Origin: Macrostomum lignano
Lineage: Eukaryota
Direction of reading: 5' to 3'
DNA length: 64,000 nt
NCBI GenBank assembly: GCA_002269645.1
Contig: NIVC01001052.1
Location: 1 to 64,000, forward strand
Every line of letters starts with the position of its first letter. Within the stretch, counting starts at the first letter, position 1. The notes under the pieces are model-generated. The model saw only the letters and a list, made by a program, of their open reading frames with translations. It was not told where the DNA came from and searched no databases. Shown here one piece after another: positions 36,901 through 48,002 of the stretch. Made by a program: the position numbers and the translations under genes.

Positions 36901-39900
36901 AGATGGCAGTTTGACACACTTGAATACAGAGAGTAGCAGAACCAAATGGCAGTTTGACACACTTGAATACAGAGAGTAGCAGATCCAGATGGCAGTTTGA
37001 CACACTTGAATACAGAGAGTAGCAGATCCAGATGGCAGTTTGACACACTTGAATACAGAGAGTAGCAGATCCAGATGGCAGTTTGACACACTTGAATACA
37101 GAGAGTAGCAGATCCAGATGGCAGTTTGACACACTTGAATACAGGGAGTGGTAGATTCAGATGGCAGTTTGACACACTTGAATACAGGGAGTGGTAGATT
37201 CAGATGGCAGTTTGACACACTTGAATACAGAGAGTAGCAGATTGAGACAGCAGACTGAATGCTGAGAATGGCATATTCAGACGGCAGACTGAATGCTGAG
37301 AATGGCATATTCAGACGGCAGACTGAATGCTGAGAAAGGCAGATTCAGACGGCAGATTGAATACTGAGAATGGCAGATTCAGACGGCAGATTGAATATTG
37401 AGAGTGGCAGATTGAATATTGAGAGTGGCAGATTCAGACTGCAGATTGAATATTGAGAGTGGCAGATTCAGACGGCATATTGAATATTGAGAGTGGCATA
37501 TTGAATATTGAGAGTGGCAGATTGAATATTGAGAGTGGCAGATTCAGACGGCAGATTGAATGCTGAGAATGGCAGATTCAGACGGCAGATCGAATGCTGA
37601 GAATGGCAGATTCAGATGGCAGATTGAATGCTGAGAATGGCAGATTCAGACGGCAGATCGAATGCTGAGAATGGCAGATTCAGACGGCAGTTTGATAGAC
37701 TTAAAAAAATCAAATTAAAAGCCAACCGTTTGCGAAGGCGGAGGCGGCAGGGCCAGCAGCCGTTTCTGCTTGCAGACCAGATCCGCATCATCGGCCAGCC
37801 ACAGCTTCAGCGGCCTGGACAGTTCAATCTGAATGCGCAGCCGTTTGCCGGTGCCGCCGCTAAAAGCGCCTCCCGTACCACCGGATTCGGACGCTGAGGC
37901 ATCCGGATCGGCCACGGCAGAGGACAGAGACTCTCTGGCCGAGCGCTTGCTTGTTGTTGATGCGGCCGCAGCTGGAGGTGGAAGCGGCGGCGGCGGAGGC
38001 GGCTGCTTTGACGGCGGCTGCTGCTTTGGCGGTGGCTGCTTCGGCGGCTGCGAACTGGACGATGAAGCGGAAGCAGCTCCATCGTTGCTCGCAGCTTCCT
38101 CTAGCCGGCGGAGCGCCTCTGGCGGCGGATACTCCTGATTGAGCAGGTCCGACTTGCGCAGACCTTTGACTTTCTTGCCCGGCTTTGAATAGAATTCTTT
38201 TAATTCTTTCTGCTTCTGCAGGCCGACCGCGTTGAATTTCATAATGCGAGCGTCGCCGACCCATTCGTCCCAGCTGCGCAATTGGCGAGATTGACAGTTT
38301 GACAGGGCCTGCTTGGCAGCTATGCGTTCAACCTGTGAGTTACCCTTTAGGACCCTTAGAAGAAGAGCTCAGCGCTGCACTACACCTGATTCAACAGGAG
38401 CAACTAAAATCATTATACTTAGTTACAGAAGACAGCTGACAGAAGAATGCTGAGATGACAAGACTTGGAGGAATGGCCAAGATTTCAAGGCTTACGGGGG
38501 AATTGCTGAGAGGTCAAGGCTTACAGGGGGAATTGCTGAGATGTCAAGGCTTACTGGGGGAATTGCTGAGATGTCAAGGCTTACAGGGAATTGCTGAGAT
38601 GGCAAGGCTTACTGGGGGAATTGCTGAGATGTCAAGGCTTACAGGGAATTGCTGAGATGGCAAGGCTTACTGGGGGAATTGCTGAGATGTCAAGGCTTAC
38701 AGGGAATTGCTAAAATGTCAAGGCTTACTGGGGGAATTGCCGAGATGTCAAGGCTTACTGGGGGAATTGCCGAGATGTCAAGGCTTACTGGGGGAATTGC
38801 CGAGATGTCAAGGCTTACAGGGAATTGCTGAGATGTCAAGGCTTACTGGGGGAATTGCTGAGATGGCAAGGCTTACAGGGGGAATTGCTGAGATGTCAAG
38901 GCTTACTGGGGGAATTGCTGAGATGTCAAGGCTTACAGGGAATTGCTGAGATGGCAAGGCTTACTGGGGGAATTGCTGAGATGTCAAGGCTTACAGGGAA
39001 TTGCTGAGATGGCAAGGCTTACTGGGGGAATTGCTGAGATGTCAAGGCTTACAGGGAATTGCTAAAATGTCAAGGCTTACTGGGGGAATTGCCGAGATGT
39101 CAAGGCTTACTGGGGGAATTGCCGAGATGTCAAGGCTTACTGGGGGAATTGCCGAGATGTCAAGGCTTACAGGGAATTGCTGAGATGTCAAGGCTTACTG
39201 GGGGAATTGCTGAGATGTCAAGGCTTACTGGGGGAATTGCTGAGATGTCAAGGCTTACTGGGGGAATTGCCGAGATGTCAAGGCTTACAGGGAATTGCTG
39301 AGATGTCAAGGCTTACAGGGAATTGCTGAGATGTCAAGGCTTACAGGGAATTGCTGAGATGTCAAGGCTTACTGGGGGAATTGCTGAGATGTCAAGGCTT
39401 ACAGGGAATTGCTGAGATGTCACGGCTTACTGGGGGAATTGCCGAGATGTCAAGGCTTACAGGGAATTGCTGAGATGTCAAGGCTTACTGGGGGAATTGC
39501 TGAGATGTCAAGGCTTACTGGGGGAATTGCTGAGATGTCAAGGCTTACAGGGAATTGCTGAGATGTCAAGGCTTACTGGGGGAATTGCCGAGATGTCAAG
39601 GCTTACAGGGAATTGCTGAGATTTCAAGGCTTACAGGGGGAATTGCTGAGATGTCAAGGCTTACTAGGGGAATTGCTGAGATGTCAAGGCTTACAGGGAA
39701 TTGCTGAGATGTCAAGGCTTACTGGGGGAATTGCCGAGATGTCAAGGCTTACAGGGAATTGCTGAGATGTCAAGGCTTACAGGGAATTGCTGAGATGTCA
39801 AGGCTTACAGGGAATTGCTGAGATGTCAAGGCTTACTGGGGGAATTGCCGAGATGTCAAGGCTTACAGGGGGAATTGCTGAGATGTCAAGGCTTACTGGG

Positions 39901-40385
39901 GGAATTGCTGAGATGTCAAGGCTTACAGGGAATTGCTGAGATGTCAAGGCTTACAGGGAATTGCCGAGATGTCAAGGCTTACAGGGAATTGCTGAGATGT
40001 CAAGGCTTACAGGGAATTGCCGAGATGTCAAGGCTTACAGGGAATTGCTGAGATGTCAAGGCTTACTGGGGGAACTGCTAAGCTTATTGCAAGGAAAAGC
40101 TAAATGTGAGTTTAATAAAAAAATTGTATTCCATTCTTAAATATAATGAAGAATAACAGTTAAAAATGTACTTCAAATAATCATAACTTACTTCTTATTC
40201 CAGCCTTGATAATGCACAAAGTACTTAATGTGACCATCTTTGACATCAACACTGAGGCACTGAAAAAATGTTTAAGCATTCAACTTAAAATCATATTTAT
40301 GGAGCAATACATACAAAAATATCAATAAAAATGCTCACCTTAGCTTCATATAAAAGTGGTCCATGAAAGCATAGAATTTTTTCTC
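30969..40385 (-). CDS. MORF4L1: MRG15 / MORF4L1 homologue; exons 40339-40385, 40192-40259, 37727-38273, 32115-32437, 30969-31053; first coding exon not confirmed
   Basis: Chromo-barrel EKILCFHGPLLYEAK|CLSVDVKDGHIKYFVHYQGWNKN|WDEWV; MRG domain LKLWLADDADLV...YFNTVLNSQLLYSNER...YGCMHLLRLFVRL; all GT-AG junctions phase-consistent. Confidence 0.92.
31195..31493 (+). mobile_element. Full-length CORE-SINE in the last MRG15 intron (antisense to the gene)
   Basis: A-box-like GCAGCCTAATGG, B box GGTTCGATTCC, CORE block, 3' GCAGGTGTAATCAATATT. Confidence 0.92.
32472..37245. repeat. 43-bp minisatellite (GATGGCAGTTTGACACACTTGAATACAGAGAGTAGCAGATCCA), 4.8 kb, with higher-order duplication
   Basis: About 110 units inside MRG15 intron 32438-37726. 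Confidence 0.97.
37246..37695. repeat. Related 34/21-bp minisatellite (AGACGGCAGATTGAATGCTGAGAATGGCAGATTC) abutting the 43-bp array
   Basis: Tandem units sharing GGCAG and CAGATTCAGA with the 43-mer. Confidence 0.9.
38447..40077. repeat. 28/30-bp minisatellite (GGGAATTGCTGAGATGTCAAGGCTTAC-A/TGG) in an MRG15 intron
   Basis: About 55 units of two lengths; 352-bp higher-order repeat (38649 vs 39001). Confidence 0.96.
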
Positions 40386-40628
40386 CTAAAATTATATTTT
40401 AAGAGAGAAATTGTTAGCAAACAAAGTCATTATATTTCTTTCATTTAAGACATATACACACAAAATAATTACTAAACTAGTATATACTCTACAAGTTACA
40501 AGCTATAATATGACAAATATTCTTTCTACCATTTAAGAAACAATGTTCATTGGCACTATAAAGAAAAATCTATGTAAATATAATATACTACTGCAAAGAC
40601 ATTTTGGGTACTTTAATGCTATAAACTA

Positions 40629-40790
40629 TAGTGTTCTGCTATAAGGGGGTCCATGTGCTATAGCCAAAGCCATAAGCAAAACTATGGCTTATTCAAATTC
40701 TCCATACTCTATAGCTGTAGGGACTCCCATATTACCATATTCTTGTAGTTCCAGTAGCTATAGCCATAGTTTTAACAAAAAGTCTAGGAA
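40629..40790. mobile_element. Partial copy of hAT MITE family C left end
   Basis: TAGTGTTCTGCTATA...AGCCATAAGCAAAACTATGGCTTATT matches 42017 onward. Confidence 0.6.
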
Positions 40791-41725
40791 ACAAAATATT
40801 TTGAATCAAGAAGATAACCAGACTTCAGAGGGTTTGTATAGTACTACTACAGAAAATTTGTATAGTCTAGAAAGTCAGTGATAAACTTTTTGCTTCTTTA
40901 ACATTAATAATAAATAAAATTAGTATAAATTATTGTTAAGAATTTACATTTTGCAAATAACTCTATTTCTGTAGGTTTAATTCAAGTTTGTTTAAAATGA
41001 AAATATTTGTAACATTTTAAAGACTTTTCATACAAAAGCCTTTCTTAGGAAACTCTACTTGTGAAAACTGAATGACCTTTTTAGGTGGAATTTTTGGCAT
41101 ACATTTAAGGGAAAGTTTTTGCTTTTTGCATACACTGGCATACATTTAGCTAAGATAGGATTCTTGTTCCAGCATATACTACTACATGATCCAGAGGCTT
41201 TCATAAATATATGACCAATGGCGCATGACCAAGATAGCCATATACCAAGAAAGCCACAGCTCTAAATGTCTAAATAGATAATAATAAGCCTATGTCTATA
41301 TATTTCACTCATTTCCTATTGGTAGTAACTTGTATTAATTATAGATCTTCAAGTCTTAGAGAGATAGATGCTATAATGGAATTATATTACATGATATAAT
41401 CACTCCCTTTGGCTTTAGCTTTTATTTTAGACTAACATATAGATATTTAACAACTAAATAAAGCAAATAGCCTAGCACAAAATAAATACTTTGTTGAATA
41501 TTCTGATAAACTGATAGTGACAGATTGGGTAGATATAATGATAGAGAATAAATTGACACAAACAGTAAAAAAGATAACGTTTTTGTATTATGGGTACTTA
41601 GTTTCAAATCTTTTATTGTGTTAGTATTTATGAGTATTATTGATTAAAAATAATAATTAATATAACAATAACTATTAAGTTGCTGATTAATGGTAGAAAG
41701 AGTAAATATAATTGAGATTCAATGT

Positions 41726-41986
41726 CATACATGTGCAATAGTTGGCCAAGTTGGCCAATTTGGCTGATCAATTTGGCAGCCAACCAAGGAAGTTGCAAAA
41801 ATGCCCACCCCAAAAATATCAAAGTAGTAGTACTAAGTAGCTGACAAGACATTTTGACTCGATAAGACAGTCATAGTTACTCCTGCTGTTTACCCAAAGT
41901 TGCGTTAATTTTGTGTTAGGTTTTTTACATGTAAGTTGCATTTTTGGCCAAAAACTATGTCGCATTTTGGAGGTTGCGCATGTATG
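41726..41986. mobile_element. hAT MITE family A (copy 2, CpG-decayed)
   Basis: Inverted homologue of 4290-4588; perfect 8-bp TSD TTCAATGT. Confidence 0.9.
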
Positions 41987-42016
41987 TTCAATGTTGTGGC
42001 CATCTTGGCCTTATAC

Positions 42017-42573
42017 TAGTGTTCTGCCATATGGAGGGTCCATGTACTGTAGCCATAGCCATAAGCAAAACTATGGCTTATTCCAATTCTCCATATTCTG
42101 TAGCTGTAGGGACCCCAATATAACAATATTCCTGTAGGTAAAAAAATAAAAGAAACACTCAATTGCCTTTGTAAGATTATATTTCATCTTTTTTTAGAGC
42201 AACAATACTTAATCATTATTGAAACGTATGAAAGTACTAATGCTGAACTTTTTCACATTAATAAAAATTAGAGTTTGCTAGTGTTCTATTATACTTTTTT
42301 AGGTATATTTTAAAGGTTTCTAAGTTGATAATACAGTTTACTAGAAGTATCTTTGTTTTACTCTACCTATTTCTAATATTTTTTCAATTTTTTAACATTA
42401 ATAACTATGGCTATGGGAATCTATGGAATGTGACAACAACTACCATATTTCTGTAGTCATAGCCGTAAGAGCAGCTAGCTACTGTAGGCATATCCATAGC
42501 TGCTGTAGGCACCTATTTTACCATATTTGCCATGAGATCCTATAGCCATAGCTATGGCTATGGCAAAACACTA
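42017..42573. mobile_element. hAT MITE family C
   Basis: TIR TAGTGTT(C/T)TGCCATA; perfect 8-bp TSD CCTTATAC. Confidence 0.8.
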
Positions 42574-45500
42574 CCTTATACCCATAGTCCGGATCATGTT
42601 GGGTGCAAGCCTGAACAAAAATTGAATAATTACAAATGCACGCCAGAAAATATGTAGTGCATGCCCATTCTCAAAAATATGCGATGTTGCAACAATAAAT
42701 GACCTTTTTTATGTTGTGACAATAAAATCATTTTTAAACTGCATAATAGACCCTTATTAACAGATAATTTGGTTGCTTTTTATGCTTTTTCAGCAATACT
42801 ATTTTATGGTGGAAAATTTATACACGCAAAAATTTGTTTAAATGCCTTTTTATGAGCTTAAAAAACTAGAAAGCTTGAAATTTGCACTTAAAAATAAACT
42901 TTTTCATTTTTTTCTACTTCACAATAACTTTTACACATTATAAAGTGCACGCCAGGTGTGCACGCATACTCTCTTCTCAGGAGTGATGCACACCAATTAT
43001 GCACGCCTAATTTTGGCATACAAGGCCAATGCACGCCCGAATTTTTGGGCATATGTACTACATGATCTGGAGTGTGGCCTTATACCAATCTGAACCCTAG
43101 GAAGATAACCTAGTGCTTAAATAACTACAAATTAAGATAGAAAAAAACAAGCATCCCATTGCCTTTGAAAGATTATACTTCATCCTTTTGGCTTTTTATA
43201 GAGTAATAATACTTTGTAGCATACTTTAATAACTTTCTCAAAATTTTGTTAGATTTCTAAAAGTCAAAAACATTTATACTTCTAGAAACTTCTTCAAGTT
43301 AGCATCTTATCTATAACATACTCATATAAATAGTAGATAATTATTTATTACTTAACTGTTAATATTCTACTCGTATTTGTGTAACATATAACTTTAAGTT
43401 TTTAATTGCTTTGTTAAGATGCGCTCAATCTTTCTAGAAATTTCTGGAAGACAGTTACAAATCTATAAATATATGGCAACGGCAGTGACATGAATCACTC
43501 TCTCCCCTTGTTTTCTCTTCGATCTGATTTCTGTTGATAAACTACCAAATGAACCACTGCCTTGCTCTTAGTCAATAACAAAATTAAAGAAAAACCTACA
43601 ACTTAATCACTATTGTCGTATTGAGAATCTAAAACCTTTTCCATACTGATAAAATTTAGAGCTTGCTAGGCCTAGTGTTTTATTATATTTATTAAGTATA
43701 ATCTATAAGTTTTTAAGTCTATAATACAGTTTACTGAAGTATCTTTGTTGTAATCTACCCCCTAGATGACAATCTGTTCACACCCGCGTAGCAGATCTGT
43801 TTTTAACTTTCATTTCTTAACAGATCTTAGCATCTGCTATGTCTTGTAATATCTTGCCAGATGCGGCTAGTATCTGCTCACAATAAGTGCATAAATTTCT
43901 TATCCAAATGAGTGTGGAGTATCAGGAATGTATAGAAAGAAATAATATGACAGTAACAAACATAAAAACACGCTTCAGTTAAGCTTAAAGTGTCATTAAT
44001 TGCGTCAGTCATATCTGCTTTTTCATGCAAGATATGGAACAAAATATGCTGCTTCGTGTCAGATCTTACTTTACAAGGTTTGAAATTAAACATACATATG
44101 TTTAAATATATGTTGCCGAAACAAGTTACTCACTTTTTATACATTAGATTTTCTTTCAATAAATAAAAGGGAATAACGGTTAAAGACTTCATCGCAATGA
44201 AAAATTTTTTGTTATACCTTAGCTAGTAAGATAGGTATGAACAAAGTAATGAAAAACGTGCCTCTCCTTATCTGCAATTATTGACTTGTTGTCCATCTAA
44301 AAATAGTATCAGTTGATTGAATATTTCGCATATATACCAAAATGTGCTTTAGATTTAATCTTTAAATCGGTAAGGATCATTAGGAATTAGGTAGAATACC
44401 TTTAAAGTTTAGAGGTTAGGTCTAACTTGTCTCTCATATATTCCATCATTCTTAGGCTAATGCAATAATAATGGCAATGTCAAAATGATGAAAAAGCCAT
44501 GACAACTGACAAATTATATCAGACAACATGTCCATAGGTATAATGTTATTGTTTGAATGAAAAAATAAGGTCTTTCAACTTATAAATTATATATAATATC
44601 CAGTTATTTAGCTATTTACCTATTATTCATTAACTTCTCTACTAACCAAGGCCAAGGGACAGGTAGGCCATAGGGTACCCATACATAACCTATTCCCCCT
44701 TCCTATGACTCATGGGTCATGGCCATGGGTAGGCCTACCCTATTCTATAATCAGACAATGGTACTATACACCCTATAACTGATATTGTCTGTTAGGCCTA
44801 TTGAGCTATGAATAAATAGGCCCTTCCCTTACTTAGACTCTAGTTTATTCTATTTTATAAAAGGCCATACCAAGTGCAGATCTAGAAAACTTTTAAGAAA
44901 GGGGCCAAGCTATACCAAACACTACAACCCAATATTGGAAAATAGGCCTACTTAATAGACCTGGCATAATTATAGTTGTAGACCAAAAAAGGGCTCATGA
45001 CCAAGACTGCCATACACCAAGACTGCCACAGCTCTAACTGGCTAATGGAATTGACACTGAGGGGGAGCTATTATCTTCCTGCATTGCTATTGCCATATTG
45101 GTTGTGATGGGTTATAGAGTTAGATAAGAGGAAATATCCTAAGATTGGTTACTAATAAGGCAAATAAGTGGCCCAAAATGGTTGCAAGTCAACCAAGGCA
45201 ATTTTAACAATATGCCTAGGCCTATCTTATAGTTCCTTTACAATTCAAATTGAATAAAAAAAATGAGGAGCCTGGCTTATTTACCCACTTGGCCCATTTA
45301 CTAGTTTCTTTCTTGTAGCCTTGTCTTATTGGCTCTCTCCATCTTACCCTTTCTCAGCATCATCCAATAACATGGCAAGCCAAATTCCTCCCCCTAGCTC
45401 CCCCAAGTATGGCAGTCTTTGTGTGGCAGTCTTGGTCCTATACCCCAAAAAGTATGAAAAAAAATTTTTGGTTGCGGCTCTATATTTGCCACTGGGCCAT

Positions 45501-46882
45501 ACTCTGAAAAGTGGGTGTTTCTAACTTTAAACTACATGGTTCATTGATAATTATATTATGTTTGATTTTGTTTGCTGTTATTATTAGTAATACACTATTT
45601 AGACAATGCTATATATAGACTATGTATATAGTATAGATAGTATACTGGTCTAATCCATAAGCTAGCTAAGTAAGATCATGGATTATAAAGATTATCCAGA
45701 GATCATGAGGTCATGATTTAAATAGAAAATGCATGTTTATAAGCATATTACCCTTAGTCCTTAAGCTTATGAAATATGCATAATAGTAGTCATGATTATG
45801 AGTATCTTTATAAAATATTCTTCAAACTCAGTAATAATTTTTTTGATCACAATTATATTTTAATCTGAAGTCTAAACTTAAATTTCCAGGTGCAAATTTT
45901 CTATTTAATTTAGAAAGAATATGGAAACTGGTGATCATTCAAGCCAAAGTCCAAGGGCTAAAAGGCTACGCAGACCAGCAAGCCAGGATTACTTTGGCTT
46001 GGAAAGGCAAAGGCAGCAAAATGTGTTTGTTTTGTTATGGTACAACAAAACCAATTCCTATAGTGAGGCCTTGTCTCAATAATGTTATGTTTTCCAAGGT
46101 AAGTTATGCAAATATTTTTAATATGTTGTTAAAATGGTTATATATATGCATTTGTCTTTAGTCTGGTCCTTAAGTTTTTAAATATAATGGTAGCTTATAA
46201 TGTAGGGCTAGGTTGTTTACTTAAATTACTTTAGACTTTGTATTTATTATTTATGTATATTTTTATGATAGTGTACCTTGGAAAATATTTTTATAGTGTT
46301 TTTGGTAATGACTTTGTGGTCAACAACATATTAATAAACACCTTGTTATTTTGCTAACAAAGGCTTGCTATGCTAGCCTTTGTCCCTTTTCTACTATTAT
46401 CTTTCCATATTTGCAGTAATGGACAAGTTAGCCAGAAAAGAGTTATTTTTTGAAAAATTGGAGTTTTTTGTTATCAAGAAAGTTAGTTTCTTGAGTTTAA
46501 GTTTAAATGTTTAATGTTTTTTATTTTAAAAAAAATTATCTTTTCAAGATAACTTTTATCAACTAGTCATTGCCTATCACTGCTCAGGCTGCTGTATTGA
46601 ATTATAAATCACATCTCCAATGCTTTATTCTTTAACAATCATCAAGTTAAGGATTATACTAAAACTGGTAGAATATAAGTATATCCCAAAAGTAATAGCT
46701 TACTAAGTCTAACTGGCAATCCAATATAATTCCATTTTAGTTCTGTGTCCAAGAAAGCTGCCTGGCAAAAGGTAAGCATTAGTTTTGTCTGTTAGTCACT
46801 CATTGGAATCAATAATAAAAGTGTGGTGAAGAGCCATTTTTGTATATCATTTTTAGTATTTTGAAGAAACAATGAAAATCGG

Positions 46883-47335
46883 TTGAGCCTTTTGGGAGAT
46901 AACCAATTCTGTTTGCAAGCTATTTTGCGCCCTTTCATGCATCAGCACAGGCTTCACCAGCCGCTAAATATTTTAAGCAAAAATCATGATGGTAAAAAAA
47001 GTTGTAAGAATTCTTTCTCCAATGGAATGCAGGTGTTCTATACCTATGATAATGCTCGGAAAGGAACGTGCATCAGCTTCATCGTGAATTATTCTAGCGA
47101 ATCTGTAGGAGTCATCAAGAGCATTGATCACGGGACCCAGTCTGTCAGAATTTCTCCGATTTTATCAGTAAAAAAGAATAATATGTTTTGTTGTTCACGG
47201 CAGCAGTACGAAGACAGTTTTGGATGCGACGACTTTCCTGTTCCAATTGGTTTGGATTTCCTAAAGTGCTTGCTGGTGGCCGATGATAACCAGGTCTACC
47301 TTGTGCCGATTCTGAGCTGCTGCGAACACAATTAG
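46883..47335 (+). pseudogene. Putative transposase C-terminal fragment
   Basis: SFIVNYSSESVGVIKSI...KCLLVADDNQVYLVPILSCCEHN* resembles, from memory, the C-terminus of animal EnSpm-type transposases; lies inside the CCC-TIR element. Confidence 0.45.
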
Positions 47336-47900
47336 GTAGCCCATTTATTTGCGCGTGTTTTTTACTTCTGTGTAAAACCAAAGTATATTTTTTCGTAATT
47401 AGTACATTAACACTATCTTGAATTTGATCCATTCGGTCTGTAATAACTTTAGATGTCAGTAAGAATCTACAGAACTTACAACCAATATTAAACCCAATAT
47501 CTACAGAACTTCATACCCAACTTTGCGCCCCCCTTGGCAGGTGCACACAGTATGCATGAGCACTGCGGCGACACGGCAGCCCCAGCAGTATGAGCAACCC
47601 TAGCAGGTAAGCAGGCAGCGCGCCTACACATTCGTGTCGTTTTTTCGTTCTCTGATTATGAGTACATTTTTATTTTGCTTACTAGATTAAATTTTGTCTA
47701 TCTTCAGCCGCTCTGGGTATTACTAGTACAAGCTACAAGTGCAAAATAATATGTAGTTTAAAAACCTAATATATTGCTTACTTAGCTCTAAAATCCGAAT
47801 TTCGAAGTAGAAAGTGAATAATATTAGTCTTGTCAGTGTCACAAATATCTTCATTTCCCTGCCAGATGCCCTGCGTTGCCTACTGTGCATTGGTGCTCAG

Positions 47901-48002
47901 CCTTCGGTGCCCAGCTGCCTTCGGTGCCCAGCTGCCTTCGGTGCCCAGCTGCCTTTGGTGCCCAGCTGCCTTCGGTGCCCAGCTGCCTTCGGTGCCCAGC
48001 TG
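47901..48002. repeat. 17-bp repeat (CCTTCGGTGCCCAGCTG) x6
   Basis: Seen directly; inside the CACTA-like element. Confidence 0.92.

Noticed and set aside
32472-37245. CRISPR-like regular repeat
   Set aside because: Head-to-tail units with no unique spacers, eukaryotic context, no cas genes.
32111-37308. Very long Cys-rich ORFs (up to 666 aa) on the minus strand
   Set aside because: Translations of the 43-bp minisatellite inside a phase-consistent MRG15 intron.
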